Shown: positions 25,045 to 38,539 of the stretch, piece by piece
How the letters are laid out: each line of letters opens with the position of its first letter
Numbering within the stretch: the stretch's first letter is position 1
NCBI GenBank assembly: GCA_964106645.2
Contig: OZ067038.1
Direction: 5' to 3' (one strand)
DNA length: 64,000 nucleotides
DNA from: Podarcis pityusensis
Lineage: Eukaryota
Position numbers and translations under genes: made by a program
The notes under the pieces: model-generated
Databases searched by the model: none
Told to the model about the DNA's origin: nothing
Seen by the model: only the letters and a program-made list of their open reading frames with translations

Positions 25045-25330
25045 GCCATGAGGAACAACTCAAGAGATCTGGAGATATTTAGTTTAGGGGGGGAAATATG
25101 ACTAAAGGGAGGGACATGATTGAGGTTTATAAAATGATGCATGAGGTGGAGGAAATGGAGAGATAAAATTCTCTCCCTCTCATAATACTAGAGCTAAGGG
25201 TCATCCAATCAGTAGACTCAGTTGCAGGTGAGAGCCATTGCCTCCATACTCTGCTTCAGAGCTTCCTAGTGGCAGCTAGTTGGCTGCTGGATACTGGGCT
25301 ATTAGATGGACCTTAGGAAGAGCCCTGCTG
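25045..25330 (+). mobile_element. CR1 LINE 3' fragment
   Basis: GGGACATGATTGAGGTTTATAAAATGATGCATG...TCATAATACTAGAGCTAAGGGTCATCCAAT is a typical CR1 ORF2 C-terminus, followed by GGGCTATTAGATGGACC. Confidence 0.7.
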
Positions 25331-25595
25331 GATCATGCTCATGTTCATACTGTACATATAACCTGACAGAGCTTCCCCCCAAAGGCTAGGAATTGCTGAC
25401 ACCAAGCACTCTATTTAGAACTCCTGGGCTTCTTCTAGAACCACAGTTCCTAGTGTGTTTCATGAAAACTCATACATACTCCCCTAATTGCATGCCACCA
25501 CAGCACCACACCATTCTGATGTAGTGCATGGTTTGTAGTGTCCCACTATCAACAGATAAGGTCAAATACCACCCCTTCCCCGCATGGAGCAAATA

Positions 25596-25945
25596 CTAAA
25601 TCATGGGTGTGTTGGACCAATGACCATTACCATTTGAGACAGGCCCATGAAGGCCCATGAACTCCTGAGCCAGACCTGAGGCAACATCATCTTGGATGTT
25701 GAAGTCACACAAAACCACAGTTCTGGGTTCCTCCAACATCACACCCAAGACAAACTCGGCTGGCTTGGTCAGGGTGGGCAGCACACCAACAGAATCCCTA
25801 GTTGTGTCTCTTTGCCCCAACATCAGATGCAGGCCCCCCAGTCCCACTTCGAGAGGAGAGGGGCTTCCCAATGGTGGCAAGTGAACTCTAATGGAGTAGA
25901 GCAACACTTCCCCAGACCCTGCCTCTCCAGTCTTGGCCTTTGAAA
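25596..25945 (-). mobile_element. L2-type LINE endonuclease (APE) fragment
   Basis: Degenerate translation ...EEPRTVVLCDFNIQDDVASGLAQEFM..., matching the VLGDFNIH motif. Confidence 0.65.
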
Positions 25946-26108
25946 GGGCTTTGTGTTTGTGCTAATCGTTCCTCATCTAGCTTCTAACTGGAATTGGAGG
26001 CTAGTCCAATTGAATTCTGCTCAGACAGAGAGATGGGGAGGTGAAGGGAGTGTGCTTGGGTTCACAGCAGATGATAAAAATATTAACACATATTCTACTT
26101 CTGCTTAC

Positions 26109-26261
26109 CCGGGGGTGGCAGGTCAAATTTCATTTTGCGCAGTTCAGCCATGGATGCTTGCAATTGCTCAATTACAATATCATCTTCAAAATGCAAGGAG
26201 CCAGCAATTTTTTCTTGCAGGAATTCCCTTAGATCCTCTAGGGTCATTTTCAACAAGCGCT
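26109..26261 (-). CDS. TBC Rab-GAP coding exon 12
   Basis: 153 nt, tgccag|...CCG G|gtaagc. Encodes (K)RLLKMTLEDLREFLQEKIAGSLHFEDDIVIEQLQASMAELRKMKFDLPPP. Confidence 0.95.
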
Positions 26262-27104
26262 CTGGCAGGCAGCAGAAAATGCAGCACAATAAAGATACCA
26301 TGAGAGTTCAGACATATAGTTTCCACTGAATAGTGCTGATCTCAACAAAATAATAACTATCAATGCAGACAATAAAAAGGTAAAATTTGCAGTAAGTGTG
26401 AGTCATTGATACGTTCCGCTTTGTATGCCTTTACATGCCTTCTATACTTACAGTTTTCTCTGTCTCTAATTAATGCCCTTAGATCTAGCCTGGCGGAAAT
26501 TTATAGTGTTGCATAACTTCATCATTGTGGTATTTAGATTAATCAGAACCTCTTGCCTGAATAAAGCAATGTCTGGCACACTGCTATCTGCAGCCATATG
26601 CAGAACGGTTCAGACTCAGATTCAGAATAACACCTCTAGGGGGAGTAAAGCTGCACTCTATTACCTGGTACTGTTTGCATCAGATCAGCTTCTGACAATG
26701 TTGTTTGGTCATGAAAATGCACAATCTTCAGGAATTAAATTCTACGCGTTCAGAATAACTTCACAGAAAAGCATCTGTATTTACATATCTAATTTCAGTC
26801 ATAATTTGCGTGCAGAAATCTGTTCCTTTTCATTCCGCCTTTGGGGCCAATGTAAATGAATTTTTTGGCATATACATTGCTATAATACGTACACAGAAAT
26901 ACTACATATAAACACTGACTACATTATAACAGTGCAATGCATTTATTCTGTCCATCTTGCTCACAGTGCCCACATATTCTTGTCCTGGGGATTTCACTTC
27001 TGAACAAATAGCTTTCTTTGCATGACCAACAGGCTGGGTTGTGTCCTACCAAGTGAATGCCACTTACAAAAACTAACAATGCATTACAGTTAGTGCAATG
27101 GTCT

Positions 27105-27123
27105 TTAGAGCGCCATCAGACTC

Positions 27124-27160
<37 letters not shown>

Positions 27161-27195
27161 ATAACAGACTAAAACGACTACCTCCTCTGGAATTT
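27105..27195 (+). mobile_element. Penelope-like element end remnant containing a (TG)n microsatellite at 27127-27157
   Basis: GCGCCATCAGACTCTT...AACAGACTAAAACGACTACCTCCTCTGGAA resembles recalled reptile PLE termini. Confidence 0.45.
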
Positions 27196-28637
27196 GTCAG
27201 AAAAGCATTTCAATATTGCCCTTCCCCTTTTTTCTTCCACATGCACATGCTCTAACAAAGAAAAGAAAAATATGTCCTAGAAGAAAAGAAACCACGTAAA
27301 ACCAAATTGCATTGTGTCTCCTTTAAAATTCAGGACATTTAGTTTTCTGCGCACAATTTACTTTTAACCCTTGAACATGTTCAAGATGCTAGACTTAAGG
27401 CAGTTTTTTCCCCTTGCACAAAGTAGCAGCTAGCTAAAGCCATCTGGTAACCTTTATTGACTGTCTAGACACAAGTGAGCTCCACCCAAACTGTGGTTCA
27501 CTCAGACAGTTTTCACACAGATATATGGGTATTCCAGCTTATTCCTTAGTGCAGCAGACACAGAATGCATTTGCAAGGCAATCTATGAGGACTCCTCATA
27601 GGGTTGGCAGTGCTCATCTGTTATATACAAGACAACCTACATGCAAAAGCAAAGTTTTGTTGAACAAATCAGATAGATAAGTTTAAAATAAAATAAAATG
27701 ATTAAGTAATCTGAAACCTCTGTTCACAGCAGTGCAATGGTGGGGCTCAGCAGGCTGTGGGTCCACATATGTAAATGCCTCTGTTATCAGCCACTTGTTT
27801 TCAATGGCTCACTGCATCAATCAGATGAGTTCCTCCCCAAAACAACAAATGATTAAATATCCGCAGTGGCATAGGAATGGATGGAAGAAGAGAACACTAA
27901 GACTGCACATTGGACTGCTGCACATCTAGCTAGCTGTATTGTTTATATATCTCCATTTGGTGGCTTACAGAGAACGTCACTACATGGGAGTAATATAAGT
28001 GACTTCCAGGTACACTTGGCACTCGGTCAATGCCCTAATAGTTGGGTTAATATGCAGCAGAGCAGCCAAACAAGCCAGTACTACCCCTTATAAAGTAAGT
28101 TCTGTAACAGTAAGATTTTCTGGAACATATGTAGGAAAAGAATTGTGGTTTCGGCTTGTTTTGAGTTCATCTGACCCACAATGCATTCAGCTCCGTGTTG
28201 GTAAATATTTGGTTAACAGATCCAGCTTGAGTCACTGGATGGTGAAATGAAGAGCTTTCCTGCAGGCTCAGAAAGAGTTGAATTAGGTCATTAGTTTTCC
28301 TACTTGCTTTCACTGTGGCTTCAAGGAAGGCCTAGAAGATGCATCACGAAATGGCACTTCAAGAGTTGGTGTGGAAGTGCACGCTAACAGAGCCTGTGAT
28401 GCAGATGAGCAACTTATCACGACACCCATTTACTAAAGAGGCTAACCATTTAAACACGAACAAATGCAATATGAAGTCCAAGAATTGCCATTTTTATATT
28501 TGAGCCAATGAAAGGAACACAAAATATTTTGGGAAACTGCAGGATTCTTGTCCATAAAAATTGGCTCTCTTTTTATAATGTTACATTCCCAGGTTCTTAG
28601 CATCATTCAGACTGAACAGTCGAGAGAAACAACTTAC

Positions 28638-28737
28638 TTTTATGCAACTTGAGGATAGTGTAGGCCATGGCTGTCAGAACCCTCTCTCCTTCCAGAATGT
28701 AGATATCCCATAGCCGCAGAGTTAAAGTAAATGGGGT
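28638..28737 (-). CDS. TBC Rab-GAP coding exon 11
   Basis: 100 nt, aaacag|...A|gtaagt. Encodes [33 protein letters not shown]. Confidence 0.96.
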
Positions 28738-29142
28738 CTGTTTATAATATTAGAAAATTTAGATGTTATACATTTGCACATAAACCACAATACACAGCCA
28801 CAGTAGCAAAATGTCCTTTATCAAATCAATACATATCTTCAAGCCAGAGTCAAGTCTATTTGTACTTTGGTATTAATTATCTTTCCAGCAAGTAAATTCA
28901 GACAGATGTGATTCCCATTTGGGCACTTTAACGCTAAAGAGCAAATTAGTCCAACTGACAATCCTATGCATAACAGGACTTTTCACTTATCAGTCCCATC
29001 TTAATTTAGATCACTATCCTAATTAATGAAAATACAAGCAGAATACAATATTAATTTTGATCAGGCACAAATTATATGGTGCAAGGAAAAAGGACACTGA
29101 AGTCATAAGCACGTTGAACACCTCATTCCTCAAGACCCATAC

Positions 29143-29208
29143 CCGGTCAATGAAGCACTGAAGGAACCATTTTGTTGTATAAATCCCTGTAGACATCTGC
29201 TCCTTGTC
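29143..29208 (-). CDS. TBC Rab-GAP coding exon 10
   Basis: 66 nt, cccttag|...CGG|gtatgg. Encodes DKEQMSTGIYTTKWFLQCFIDR. Confidence 0.95.
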
Positions 29209-29688
29209 CTAAGGGAGAGTACAAATGAGGAAAATGTTCACTGAGCAGACAAGTTAAAGGGTTGCAAACAATATTTCTTTTAACTCTGAAAACTGGCATG
29301 CTTGAAATATCCTTGTATTTCCCCTCAAATGTTAAATGGCACAATAACCATGTACTGTAGTTATGTTTGAATTTGATAGCCATGTCCTGTCAGTGGCTGA
29401 ATTACTCTCTCATTTTACCTTGAAAGTGCTGCCTGCTTCTAGCTTTCCTGTAAATTATCCAGATTTTTTAAAGTTCCTCATTCTGTTCAGCCATAATTGC
29501 AGAATAAATTTTTGAGATAAATAACACATTCTCCATTAACAGGAGCAATAAAGGTTTAAAAAGGAAGTGGTGCATGATGAAAAATGTGCTTGTGAATATG
29601 TGAACAAAAGATGATACTTCGATAACTCTATATTTAGATGGTTGTTAACCTGGGCTCCATTAGGAGAAAGAGTAGGGTATACAAATAA

Positions 29689-29689
<1 letters not shown>

Positions 29690-29723
<34 letters not shown>
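29690..29723. repeat. (CA)n microsatellite
   Basis: CA run about 30 nt from the exon 9 donor. Confidence 0.95.
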
Positions 29724-29724
<1 letters not shown>

Positions 29725-29755
29725 CAAATTTTCACTTAACCACAGAAATTTTTAC

Positions 29756-29850
29756 CATGTGCTTCTTCAGCTTTGGAAAGAGTTTGCTTAAGATTGCCTC
29801 ATGATGGGCTTGGAATCTCTGTAGCTTTGGGAATCCAGGAATGAAAAATC
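29756..29850 (-). CDS. TBC Rab-GAP coding exon 9
   Basis: 95 nt, ttccaag|...ATG|gtaaaa. Encodes (G)[31 protein letters not shown]. Confidence 0.95.
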
Positions 29851-30848
29851 CTTGGAAGGAAAAAGGGAGGAAAAGCACAGAGTCAGAAGGAATTAGAAAG
29901 AAAAAGAGCAGCACAACATCTGATCTGGGTGCAATAATGGGGACCTTTCCTAAAATGCCCAAATACCAGCAGTTCCAAGCAAGGTGAATGTCAAGTGTGC
30001 ATATAAAACTCTAGTGTGTTGTCCATAAAACAGAGTTTTACAGTTTCATATTTGGACAAGATCTGGAAGGAACTCTGCCCATGGATGCTGTGGCAGACCA
30101 GAACATCCAAAAGGTTGAGTAATTTTTATTTTCCAAAAATACCTTGTTCTTAGCCAAGACTGCTCATAAGACTGTGATTTGAGTTTCTTTGGGCCAGGCC
30201 TTGTTCATCCCTGATAGGGTTACTGCTAGTTACAACAGTAGAATGCAACATGGCATCACAAACTTCTAATATCACTAAAATTCAGCTGATTCCTTTAAAC
30301 CCAAGTTGTTGTTTTTTAAGGAGAGCCGGAGGACTCTTTTGGTCCTCTTTACAAGCCAAGACATACGCAGAGGGATCAAGGCGCTGGTCAAAGCGACCTC
30401 TCAAACTTTAATCTCCTGTTACTTACAGGATTATACAAACTACCCTCCCTTTTTCAATAAAATACAGTCTGCACAGAGATTATTCTTCTCTGCTCCTTCC
30501 CAAAGCTTCAGCATGACAAAGGAGCTTAAATGTGGCCAAGTTTCAAACAGACCAACATTTTCTGGATGTGTTTGAACAGTTGCAATTAAGTATTGTATTT
30601 TGCTACATATTTAAAGCAAAGTCCTGTAGGTACCTAGGTATCACAATATTTCAAAGTTACAAAATATTAATCAAAGTACAAGGGCCTACCCTCGTTCCAT
30701 TAAGAGACTTCTCTGTACACCAGTAGTAAATGCATATATTGGTAATGAGAGAGGTGTGAGGAAAAAAGAAAGTGATGACAGCCTAATTCCCAAGTCCAGC
30801 AAATCAGAACCTATTGTAAAGTGCCCTGGGAATATGATTGAAGAATGG

Positions 30849-30953
30849 TACAAACGTTGGCTTCCTTGGCCAGTAAAGCGAGATGAGTGCTGCAACCCCA
30901 GAGTCTTTCGCGACTAGTCTTAACTGTCAGGGTTCCTTTATCTTTACCTTTTT
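30849..30953 (+). mobile_element. Sauria SINE 3' fragment
   Basis: GCGAGATGAGTGCTGCAACCCCAGAGTC...TCAGGGTTCCTTTATCTTTACCTTT. Confidence 0.75.
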
Positions 30954-31038
30954 ACAATATTTATGATAAAGGAAATAAACAAACAAAATATTGCAAAGGT
31001 GGCAGGGAAGAGTAAGAGTGTTTTCAGCTGAACCTTAC

Positions 31039-31159
31039 CATGCATTGCGTGCCTCTGATTGGTAAGTAGCTGTGCCAGTGCCCAAAAGGCATCCTCTTCA
31101 TTTAAGTACATCAGCAGGATAGCTGCAATCTGACTCATTCCTTGGCAGTAGCTCACTTC
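31039..31159 (-). CDS. TBC Rab-GAP coding exon 8 (glutamine finger YCQG)
   Basis: 121 nt, ctttcag|...G|gtaagg. Encodes [40 protein letters not shown]. Confidence 0.97.
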
Positions 31160-32794
31160 CTGAAAGATCCAAAGATGCAGAGACACATTACACAAGATCG
31201 GCTTTACAGGAGAGTAGACATTACACACAAAAATGAAAGGCAACTTTCCCATAAGTACATTGAATGGGACACAAGTTTTATCCAAACTATTCAGGCAAAG
31301 GGGTGACTAGTGATCCTTGGACATGGGAGTCTGCAGGAATTTTTCTGGGGCAGCAGGCCCTTCTGGGCAGATCTGGTGACTGGGCAGCAGAGGACTGAGT
31401 AGACCTGGTCTCTGAGAAGCTTGCATGTTAGATCTACCCCTCTCATTGTTTCTCAGTGGGTAGACCTGTCATCTGCCTATGTGTAGACCAGGCATCCAAA
31501 AACATCCCCATTTACCACTGAAATTCTCCATTCTTTCCTTGGCTCACTTCACTCACTCCAGCCCTTAATCAATTGCACTGGTGTTCAAGTCAGCTTCACA
31601 GCACTCCTCTGCCCCCTCCAATAAAACCCCCAATATGCCACAATGAACTAAGCTTCAAGGCTGCCATACACTATACCTCTACCCAGCAAAATGCATGTAA
31701 CACTTGGCTGGTGTAATTCACTCTTTCCCTATTACAGTCCTGCTCCCTGCATTATAGGCATAATAATGATGGACTTTTATCTGCCTTGGCATTTGCAGAG
31801 TAATAAAAGTAATTCCTTACTTTTGTTATAAGTGAATTCAGATAATATCACAACCGTTATAGGCAGCACTGCATGAAACAGAAGCACTGCAACACATGCC
31901 ACTTTAAATTCTTGCTGGATAGCCAATTCAAAGAATAGGATAAGCATCTTCTGTTAAAGGGGGTGGGGATGAGTCTCCCCATGTTCATGGAAACAGTAAA
32001 TTCTGTAGCTAATTTAAGCATATTCTCTCTTCTCTGCCCTGTGGCTGGAAGTGACTTAACTGACTGTAACAAATTGGAGTCTTCAGCTGTGAAGCTGCCA
32101 CTGAATGCAGCAAAAGAAGTCACAAAGAGAATTGACCAATATCTTCCATTCAAATAGTAGGTCAGAGTCACAGAAAAGCTACTCAGAAAATATGATGATA
32201 GCAAGGCCCAAATATGCGGCTGTGTCTTTCTTTGTATAAAAACAGAGCTATCACAGCATGGTTGAAATCTGCAGAATTTCCAGTTTCATGAACAACCCCC
32301 ACCCCACCCCACACCCATTAATTGTTTTGGTTTTTGCTTCCAGCATCATGAATGTTTCTAGCAGCACCTGGAGCTAAAGATATTAATGCAATTCTATAAA
32401 CATACCACCCAAGAAAACGATATACATTGAATCAAGTACTTTTTCTGTATTTAATGACCCTGGGCTCTTCAAGATAACCTCATTTTGCATTCCTCCCCAT
32501 TTGCTTCTGCCAAATTTGTGTGGAGGTTATACATTGTCACTGTTTATTGAGCATTCACCCTGATCTGTTTGTGTGGAGGTTATGTGACATCATCTGACCC
32601 TGCTGTTATCCCACAATTTTCAGCGCACTTTCCCATCGTTTTTCTATGCCACTCAATGCTTTCTGTACATTCATTTCTTGTACAAGAGCAGTATGTTTTG
32701 CCAGCACAGAAACTAAATACTTATTCTAAGCTAAACAAAACATTATTGCCATATAACACTTTTCAGTTTCCTGCTGAATCTGTTAACAGCTTAC

Positions 32795-32843
32795 CGTGTT
32801 GTAAACTGAGTAGGCTGACAGGACATGAAACAAGGCTTGTTGC
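32795..32843 (-). CDS. TBC Rab-GAP coding exon 7
   Basis: 49 nt, ttaatag|...ACG|gtaagc. Encodes (K)QQALFHVLSAYSVYNT. Confidence 0.95.
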
Positions 32844-33039
32844 CTATTAAAGAAAAAAAGAAAAAAAGGATGAGTAAAAACAACAAAGAGTGGGATCTGC
32901 CCTTTTTTTGGTATTTTATTTTTATTTTTTTTACTAGTTAAGGTGCGCATTATTTGTAGTGCTTCAGAAGAAGGATATTGTAACCGTATGAGAAACTAAG
33001 CAGTAGAACTGGCACACTGCACAATGGTAACATGTGCAG

Positions 33040-33278
33040 TGTATCTCCCCATATGGAGGATGCTCTCCCAAAGGAAGCTCACCTGGCAACTTCACCAGGC
33101 AAAAACATTCCTCTTCTCCCAGGACTTTGGCTAATTAAACAATATATGGCCCTTTAAACTGGGTGGGGGGTATTGTTTTTGTTTGTTACTATGGTGTGTA
33201 TTCTTGTGCTTTTATACTGCGAAGTGCCCTGTGATCTTCGGATGAAGGGCAGTAGAGAAATTTAATTAATAAATAAAT
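33040..33278 (+). mobile_element. L2 LINE 3' end
   Basis: CCAGGCAAAAACATTCCTCTTCTCCCAGG ORF end, then TGCCCTGTGATCTTCGGATGAAGGGCAGTA stem-loop and (TAAA)n tail. Confidence 0.65.
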
Positions 33279-33822
33279 GGGTTGTGGAATCCAATGAGCA
33301 CACAAATAGGTTGCAATATTCTCAAGGGTGCGCTAGCAAGAGGGAGACTCTGTTCTCCTGTCAAACATTATCTCTAAACAACATCAAGATGATTCTGTAG
33401 TCTGCCAGTTCTTGCCTTCCACCTTATCCACTGAAGGCTGGAACTTAACATCCTAAGCATGTTTAGGAAGAGGGAGGAATGGAGAATAGATTTGGAATGA
33501 GAAAAGGTGTGCCCCCCTCCCTCTGAAAGCAATGGGGTGATGTCTGGTTCTTCAGTAGTCTTTCAAGGGGCAATATTTATTTGCTACCATTTCTTTCCTT
33601 TGCTTAAATTTTCTTAGAATCAAAATGTACTCTATTTTTTCTTAATTACTCTTACATAATCATCTCCCTGGAGACTTACTTGATCTCTGTTCATTATGTT
33701 TTACACTCTTCCTTGACATTTTCCAGGAACTAGAAGCTTTCATTAAGCACATGAAGCAGCTGGACAAAGGATCACAGATAATATATATTTAAAATAGGAG
33801 GGAAGATCCATGAGAAACTCAC

Positions 33823-33932
33823 TTTACTCCATAGCGATCCCGGAACATGATGTGGTTTCGAAAGGTGCGATTGACATCAAGGTCTATCTGCTTGATTTCT
33901 GATGAGAAGCTCTTGGCTTGTTCTTTCATTTT
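33823..33932 (-). CDS. TBC Rab-GAP coding exon 6 (arginine finger IDLDVNR, R149)
   Basis: 110 nt, catgcag|...AA|gtgagt. Encodes [36 protein letters not shown]. Confidence 0.97.
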
Positions 33933-34499
33933 CTGCATGAAGGAAGATGGGTCAAAGCATTAAGAAAATATTTTGAAGTATCTGGAGGTACCTGAACCTC
34001 TGCTTTTGGGTGGCTTAACAACAGAAACAACAGAAAACACTAACTGAAGTTGATGCACATAATTTGGAATAATATAGCAGTCAGATTAGAGGTGTTACTG
34101 GTAAGGAAAATCTACTTATGTATGCGGTTTAACTAACTGTTGAGCAGGTATGGCTAACTTTTTTGGCCAGAGGACCATATTCACCCTTGGGTAACCCTCT
34201 GGGGGCTCCATACCAGTTGTAGCGGTAGCCAGCCCACACTCTCACATACATGAGAGTGAACCCATAAATAGCACACTGCCAATCTGTGCAGATCAGTTGA
34301 AGGGGGGCGTTAATCATCCCCTTGGCTCTCTGTAAATGTTTGGCCAGGGAGGAAGCAATTTGCATCCTTACTAGGGTGCTGGGGCTCTAGTGTGTCCACT
34401 TTATTTCCCCGCTTTTTCCCCTAATGCCACCAATAATATCTTGTGGGGTCTTGGGAGAGTTAGAAAAAAATGCTCCGAGAGCCGGATCAGAACTCTGAA

Positions 34500-34705
34500 T
34501 GCCAGATTAGAGAGTTTGACTAGGACCAGGGTTAAAATCTCCACTCAACTATTAAGTTAAACTGGGTGATTTTGGGCCCATCACTCTCTCTCAACCAAAC
34601 CAACCTCATAAGGTGTTTTTGAGGATAAAATGGGAAAGGGGAGAACTTTGACCTCTTTGGAGGAAATGTGGGATATAAGTGTAATAACAACTAACTAACC
34701 AAATA
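34500..34705 (+). mobile_element. Old tRNA/CORE SINE (Squam3/MIR-like)
   Basis: ACTGGGTGATTTTGGGCC CORE-like segment, ACCTCATAAGG...GAGGATAAAATGG, A-rich tail. Confidence 0.6.
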
Positions 34706-37636
34706 ACTTAAAAGAGTCTTTTCTATTGTTCAGTTATCTGGGGCTATCAAGCTATGGCAATATTCAAACACAGACAAACATTCTGAAATACTTTACAGTT
34801 ATCTCTTAGGCTAACTGTCTTGATGTAACTTTTTGCCATATCCCACAAAAGTCCCACCCCATAAATCTTCCCAATCTTCCCAGAGTCTTTTTCAAACTGC
34901 AGGTCACTTATGTTATTATTTTTACTCAAGGGAACATGCTGGGAAGTTCATCATATTCTATATAAGCCAGTCTGCTTGCATGCCAGACACTCCTGCTTTT
35001 CAACATAACCTTCTGTGTCTGCCCTCAAAGAAGCACATGGATAATGCATTACACTTTCATTGATGGAAGTAACACACAGATGCCCTTTGTGAAAAATCAA
35101 ACTGAAGGAAATAGTCCTGAGTTGGCAAAATGGATTGCTGACAGAGAAGGAAGAGTGTGTGTGCACACACTTTGGTCAGACACATAAACTCCAATCTAAA
35201 GGGGCATATAGAATGTATTTTGCATAGATGAAGGCGTGCTGGATTTGGATATGAAGCTGTAGCCAAAGCAAGCATGAATCTTTGTTTCTAGTAGCAAGAT
35301 GCTTAAAATAGTTTGGACGACAAAGGCCCATAGATTTTATGGGAAATCAATCCTTTCACATTCCCTTATGAAAATCTGGCTCCGACTTTCTTTGAGATCA
35401 CGAAGAGCTAATTTCTGGCCTCAGGTGGCACGAAGGATGAGGAGGATTATGAAGAGCCGATTTCCTGGATTTATGTTCATGAAAAGCCTATTATACAGTG
35501 AGTCTCTTGTTTATTGCAGACCCCTCAGGAGCTTAGTTAAACTGCTTGTGACTTTTGTTTATTCTAATCACTTGCTGTGTGACATGGCTAGGTGGGAACA
35601 TCCCCTGAACAGGATGCAAAGGCAATAGTTGAGATAATTCTCTTGATAACCATGCCTCAGAAGTACAGCTGTTTTAGTTAGTGGAAGTAGTTACTGGGAA
35701 ATGTTGGGATCGGTGACACGCCAATCATGTGTTCATAGGCAGCATGTAATTACTTTATACTCTGCAACTATCTGGATGTTTTGAAAGAACTGATTTTGTC
35801 ACGCTCTTTTGTAACCAACTGGAGTCATATGTCCATACTTCCAAGTTCCATGGATAGGCTGACAAAACATTGTTTATGGAACTCAATGGCTCAACAAAAT
35901 AAGAAACCGACAGATTCCCACAGACAAAGTGTCCTTCTCCTTCTTATGTTCTGAGGAAAGAAACTGTCTGAATTATTAAACATTGTACATCAAACATTTC
36001 TGATGACTCCAGGAAAAGAGGATGAGGGTTCTACAGGGAATTATTTGTGGACCCTGTTGTTAACTCCACTCTGGCTTCAGAAAGCATGTGGCAATCACAT
36101 GTTCTCTCTGAAGTTTTGGCCCATACTAACTGTGGCATATGCATATAATTAGGGAAATGACAGGGCCGTTTGAATCCCCCCCTTCAAAATGCTTTTGCTT
36201 TTCTTAATAAACACCACTCTCATTTACAGTACAGAACTGACTGTATAAATGGTGCCTCTGCTTTCAAAAGAAGCACCTTTGTGGCTTTTATATTATGAGA
36301 CACAAGACTGGCTGTGGAAAGAACCTTGGAGAAAAGAGGACAGCTCAAAAATTTTCAGAAGACAGGAAATCTCTTGCATCTGTGACAAGCCTGCTTTTAG
36401 AAATGGGATTCTTCCAGGGGTGTCAATGACAAATTGTTGTTGATCAGGTGCTTGCTACCAAGGAAAAAATCCCTAAAATCGGGATTAAACTGAGGTAGGG
36501 AGATATTGCTAAAGCAAATACTGTTATATACACTTTTGTTTAAATGATACTTACGGTACTTAATTTATTTTTTGTATATAAAAAAGGCTAAAAATCATAA
36601 ATAACATATGGGAGAAATCTCCAGAAAAAAACATGATAGATAAGTAAAAGTAACATATAAAATGAAGGTTGGTGTTTAGTCTGATTATTCTGTCTCTCTT
36701 CACAAGTTCCATATTATGCAGCACACAGTTCCCAATATATTGGTCATTGATGCAGATGATGCTGTTTTTATTAAAAGGAAGAGCAGCCTAGAAATCAATG
36801 GATAGAATCCTTAGATAAACAAAACTCTGCTCGTGCAATAGAGCTTTCCTGGTTCCCCTCCTACTACCCTTGCCTGCCCTCAAGCTGTTCCAGAGAGTCA
36901 ATGAGCCCCTGGAATGGCACATAATGCGATTCAAGGGGCTACAAGAAGATAGAGGAAAACTAAGATAATTTGGTGGGGCTGCCTTGCACAAGGAAATTTC
37001 TGTTCCTGCAAGATATCTCTGGTCCCAAGAATATGACTTGAATAGCGTTTTAGCAGTCAAATATACTTTGTTTCACAGAAGTACAGATATCTTTTACAAT
37101 CTTAGGTTTTCACACCCATATTTTTCATTTCTCGCATACAGTCTGCGTGTTCCTCAAGACTGTGCTTTTGTATTGGGGATATGACAGGTTTTCAGCATTA
37201 GGTTTCGCAGAGTCTTGTGTTTGGGAAAATGATACTCTTCTTCCTGGGAGTGATTCACTGCTGTGTAGAATATGATTGCAGAAGTATCATAGTCATCAAC
37301 TGGATAACTTTGGTCACATAACTAATTAGGACAATTTAGCATTTGATAAGCATTTTTTAAAAACATTTTTTCTCTCATTCATGCATTCATTTATTGGAGG
37401 GTATACATTCTCCTATTGTACAATTATGCATGGGAGAGCTCACTTACTCTCTATGTTTTTTTTAAACAGAGAAGGGAAGCATTGAACATTGTGCACATCA
37501 TATTTATGACAGTCAAATGCCTTCCTTCACTTTTGAATTAAAGTAAGTTAAAGTGCTAAAATATGAGGGGAAAAAAAGTGAGCTGAAAAACTTACTGAAC
37601 TGAAAGGGGGGGGGGGAGCAGTTGAGCGGTTGGCTA

Positions 37637-37801
<165 letters not shown>

Positions 37802-37848
37802 CTACACAGTTTTAAAAGACAAGTAAAGTAAATTAGCACAAACTGCTG

Positions 37849-37850
<2 letters not shown>

Positions 37851-37887
<37 letters not shown>

Positions 37888-37907
37888 TGTCTGTCTGTCT
37901 GTCTGTC
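37851..37907. repeat. (GT)n(CTGT)n compound microsatellite
   Basis: Seen directly. Further (GT)n at ~38090-38119 and (CA)n/(CG) at ~38480-38537. Confidence 0.95.
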
Positions 37908-38087
37908 TCTCAAATGCAACAAAACTTGTAACAGGTTGGCAGTGCTTATACAGATTATCTAGTCATTCTGAAATGAAATGTCCCAGTCAGATATCCCTTG
38001 GGGGAAGCAGAGGGGAGGAAGTCCCACTGCACTAGCGGGACTCATCGTGCTGACTTCAACTAGTGCAACAAATTAGTTGAATCTGGC

Positions 38088-38121
<34 letters not shown>

Positions 38122-38497
38122 ATATATATAAGGGCACTGATCTATTTAATTTTTGCTCAAGAAGCTCCAAGAATCTTGAAACAAGTGACTGTCAATTCAG
38201 CAAAACATTTTTTTACTTATTCCTCTCCATTTCACTCCCCTCAAGTTCTCTAGGGAATAATAAGACGAATAAGGCATTCTAGAGAAGGCCAGACCTTTAA
38301 ACAAAAAACAAAAAACCCCAGCATTGGCTCTTTCATTATAGACCAGCAGTGGGAAAGACTCTGCAATGCAGTCATAGAAATAAATGGGTGCTGTTATGAC
38401 TAGCACCAGTGCATTAAGTTTCACTTATATTCTTTGTTGAATCATGATTGTTTTAATAAGGCACCTGAATACACAAATGTGTGCGCACGCACACGCA

Positions 38498-38539
<42 letters not shown>

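Noticed and set aside
32515-32583. 16-bp direct repeat TTTGTGTGGAGGTTAT; similar short tandem duplications at 13291-13331, 16681-16714, 21703-21785 and 46438-46490
   Set aside because: Ordinary local slippage duplications.
36249-37184. Further short + strand ORFs in TBC intron 5
   Set aside because: I could not join them into a consistent spliced frame with 35299-35497.
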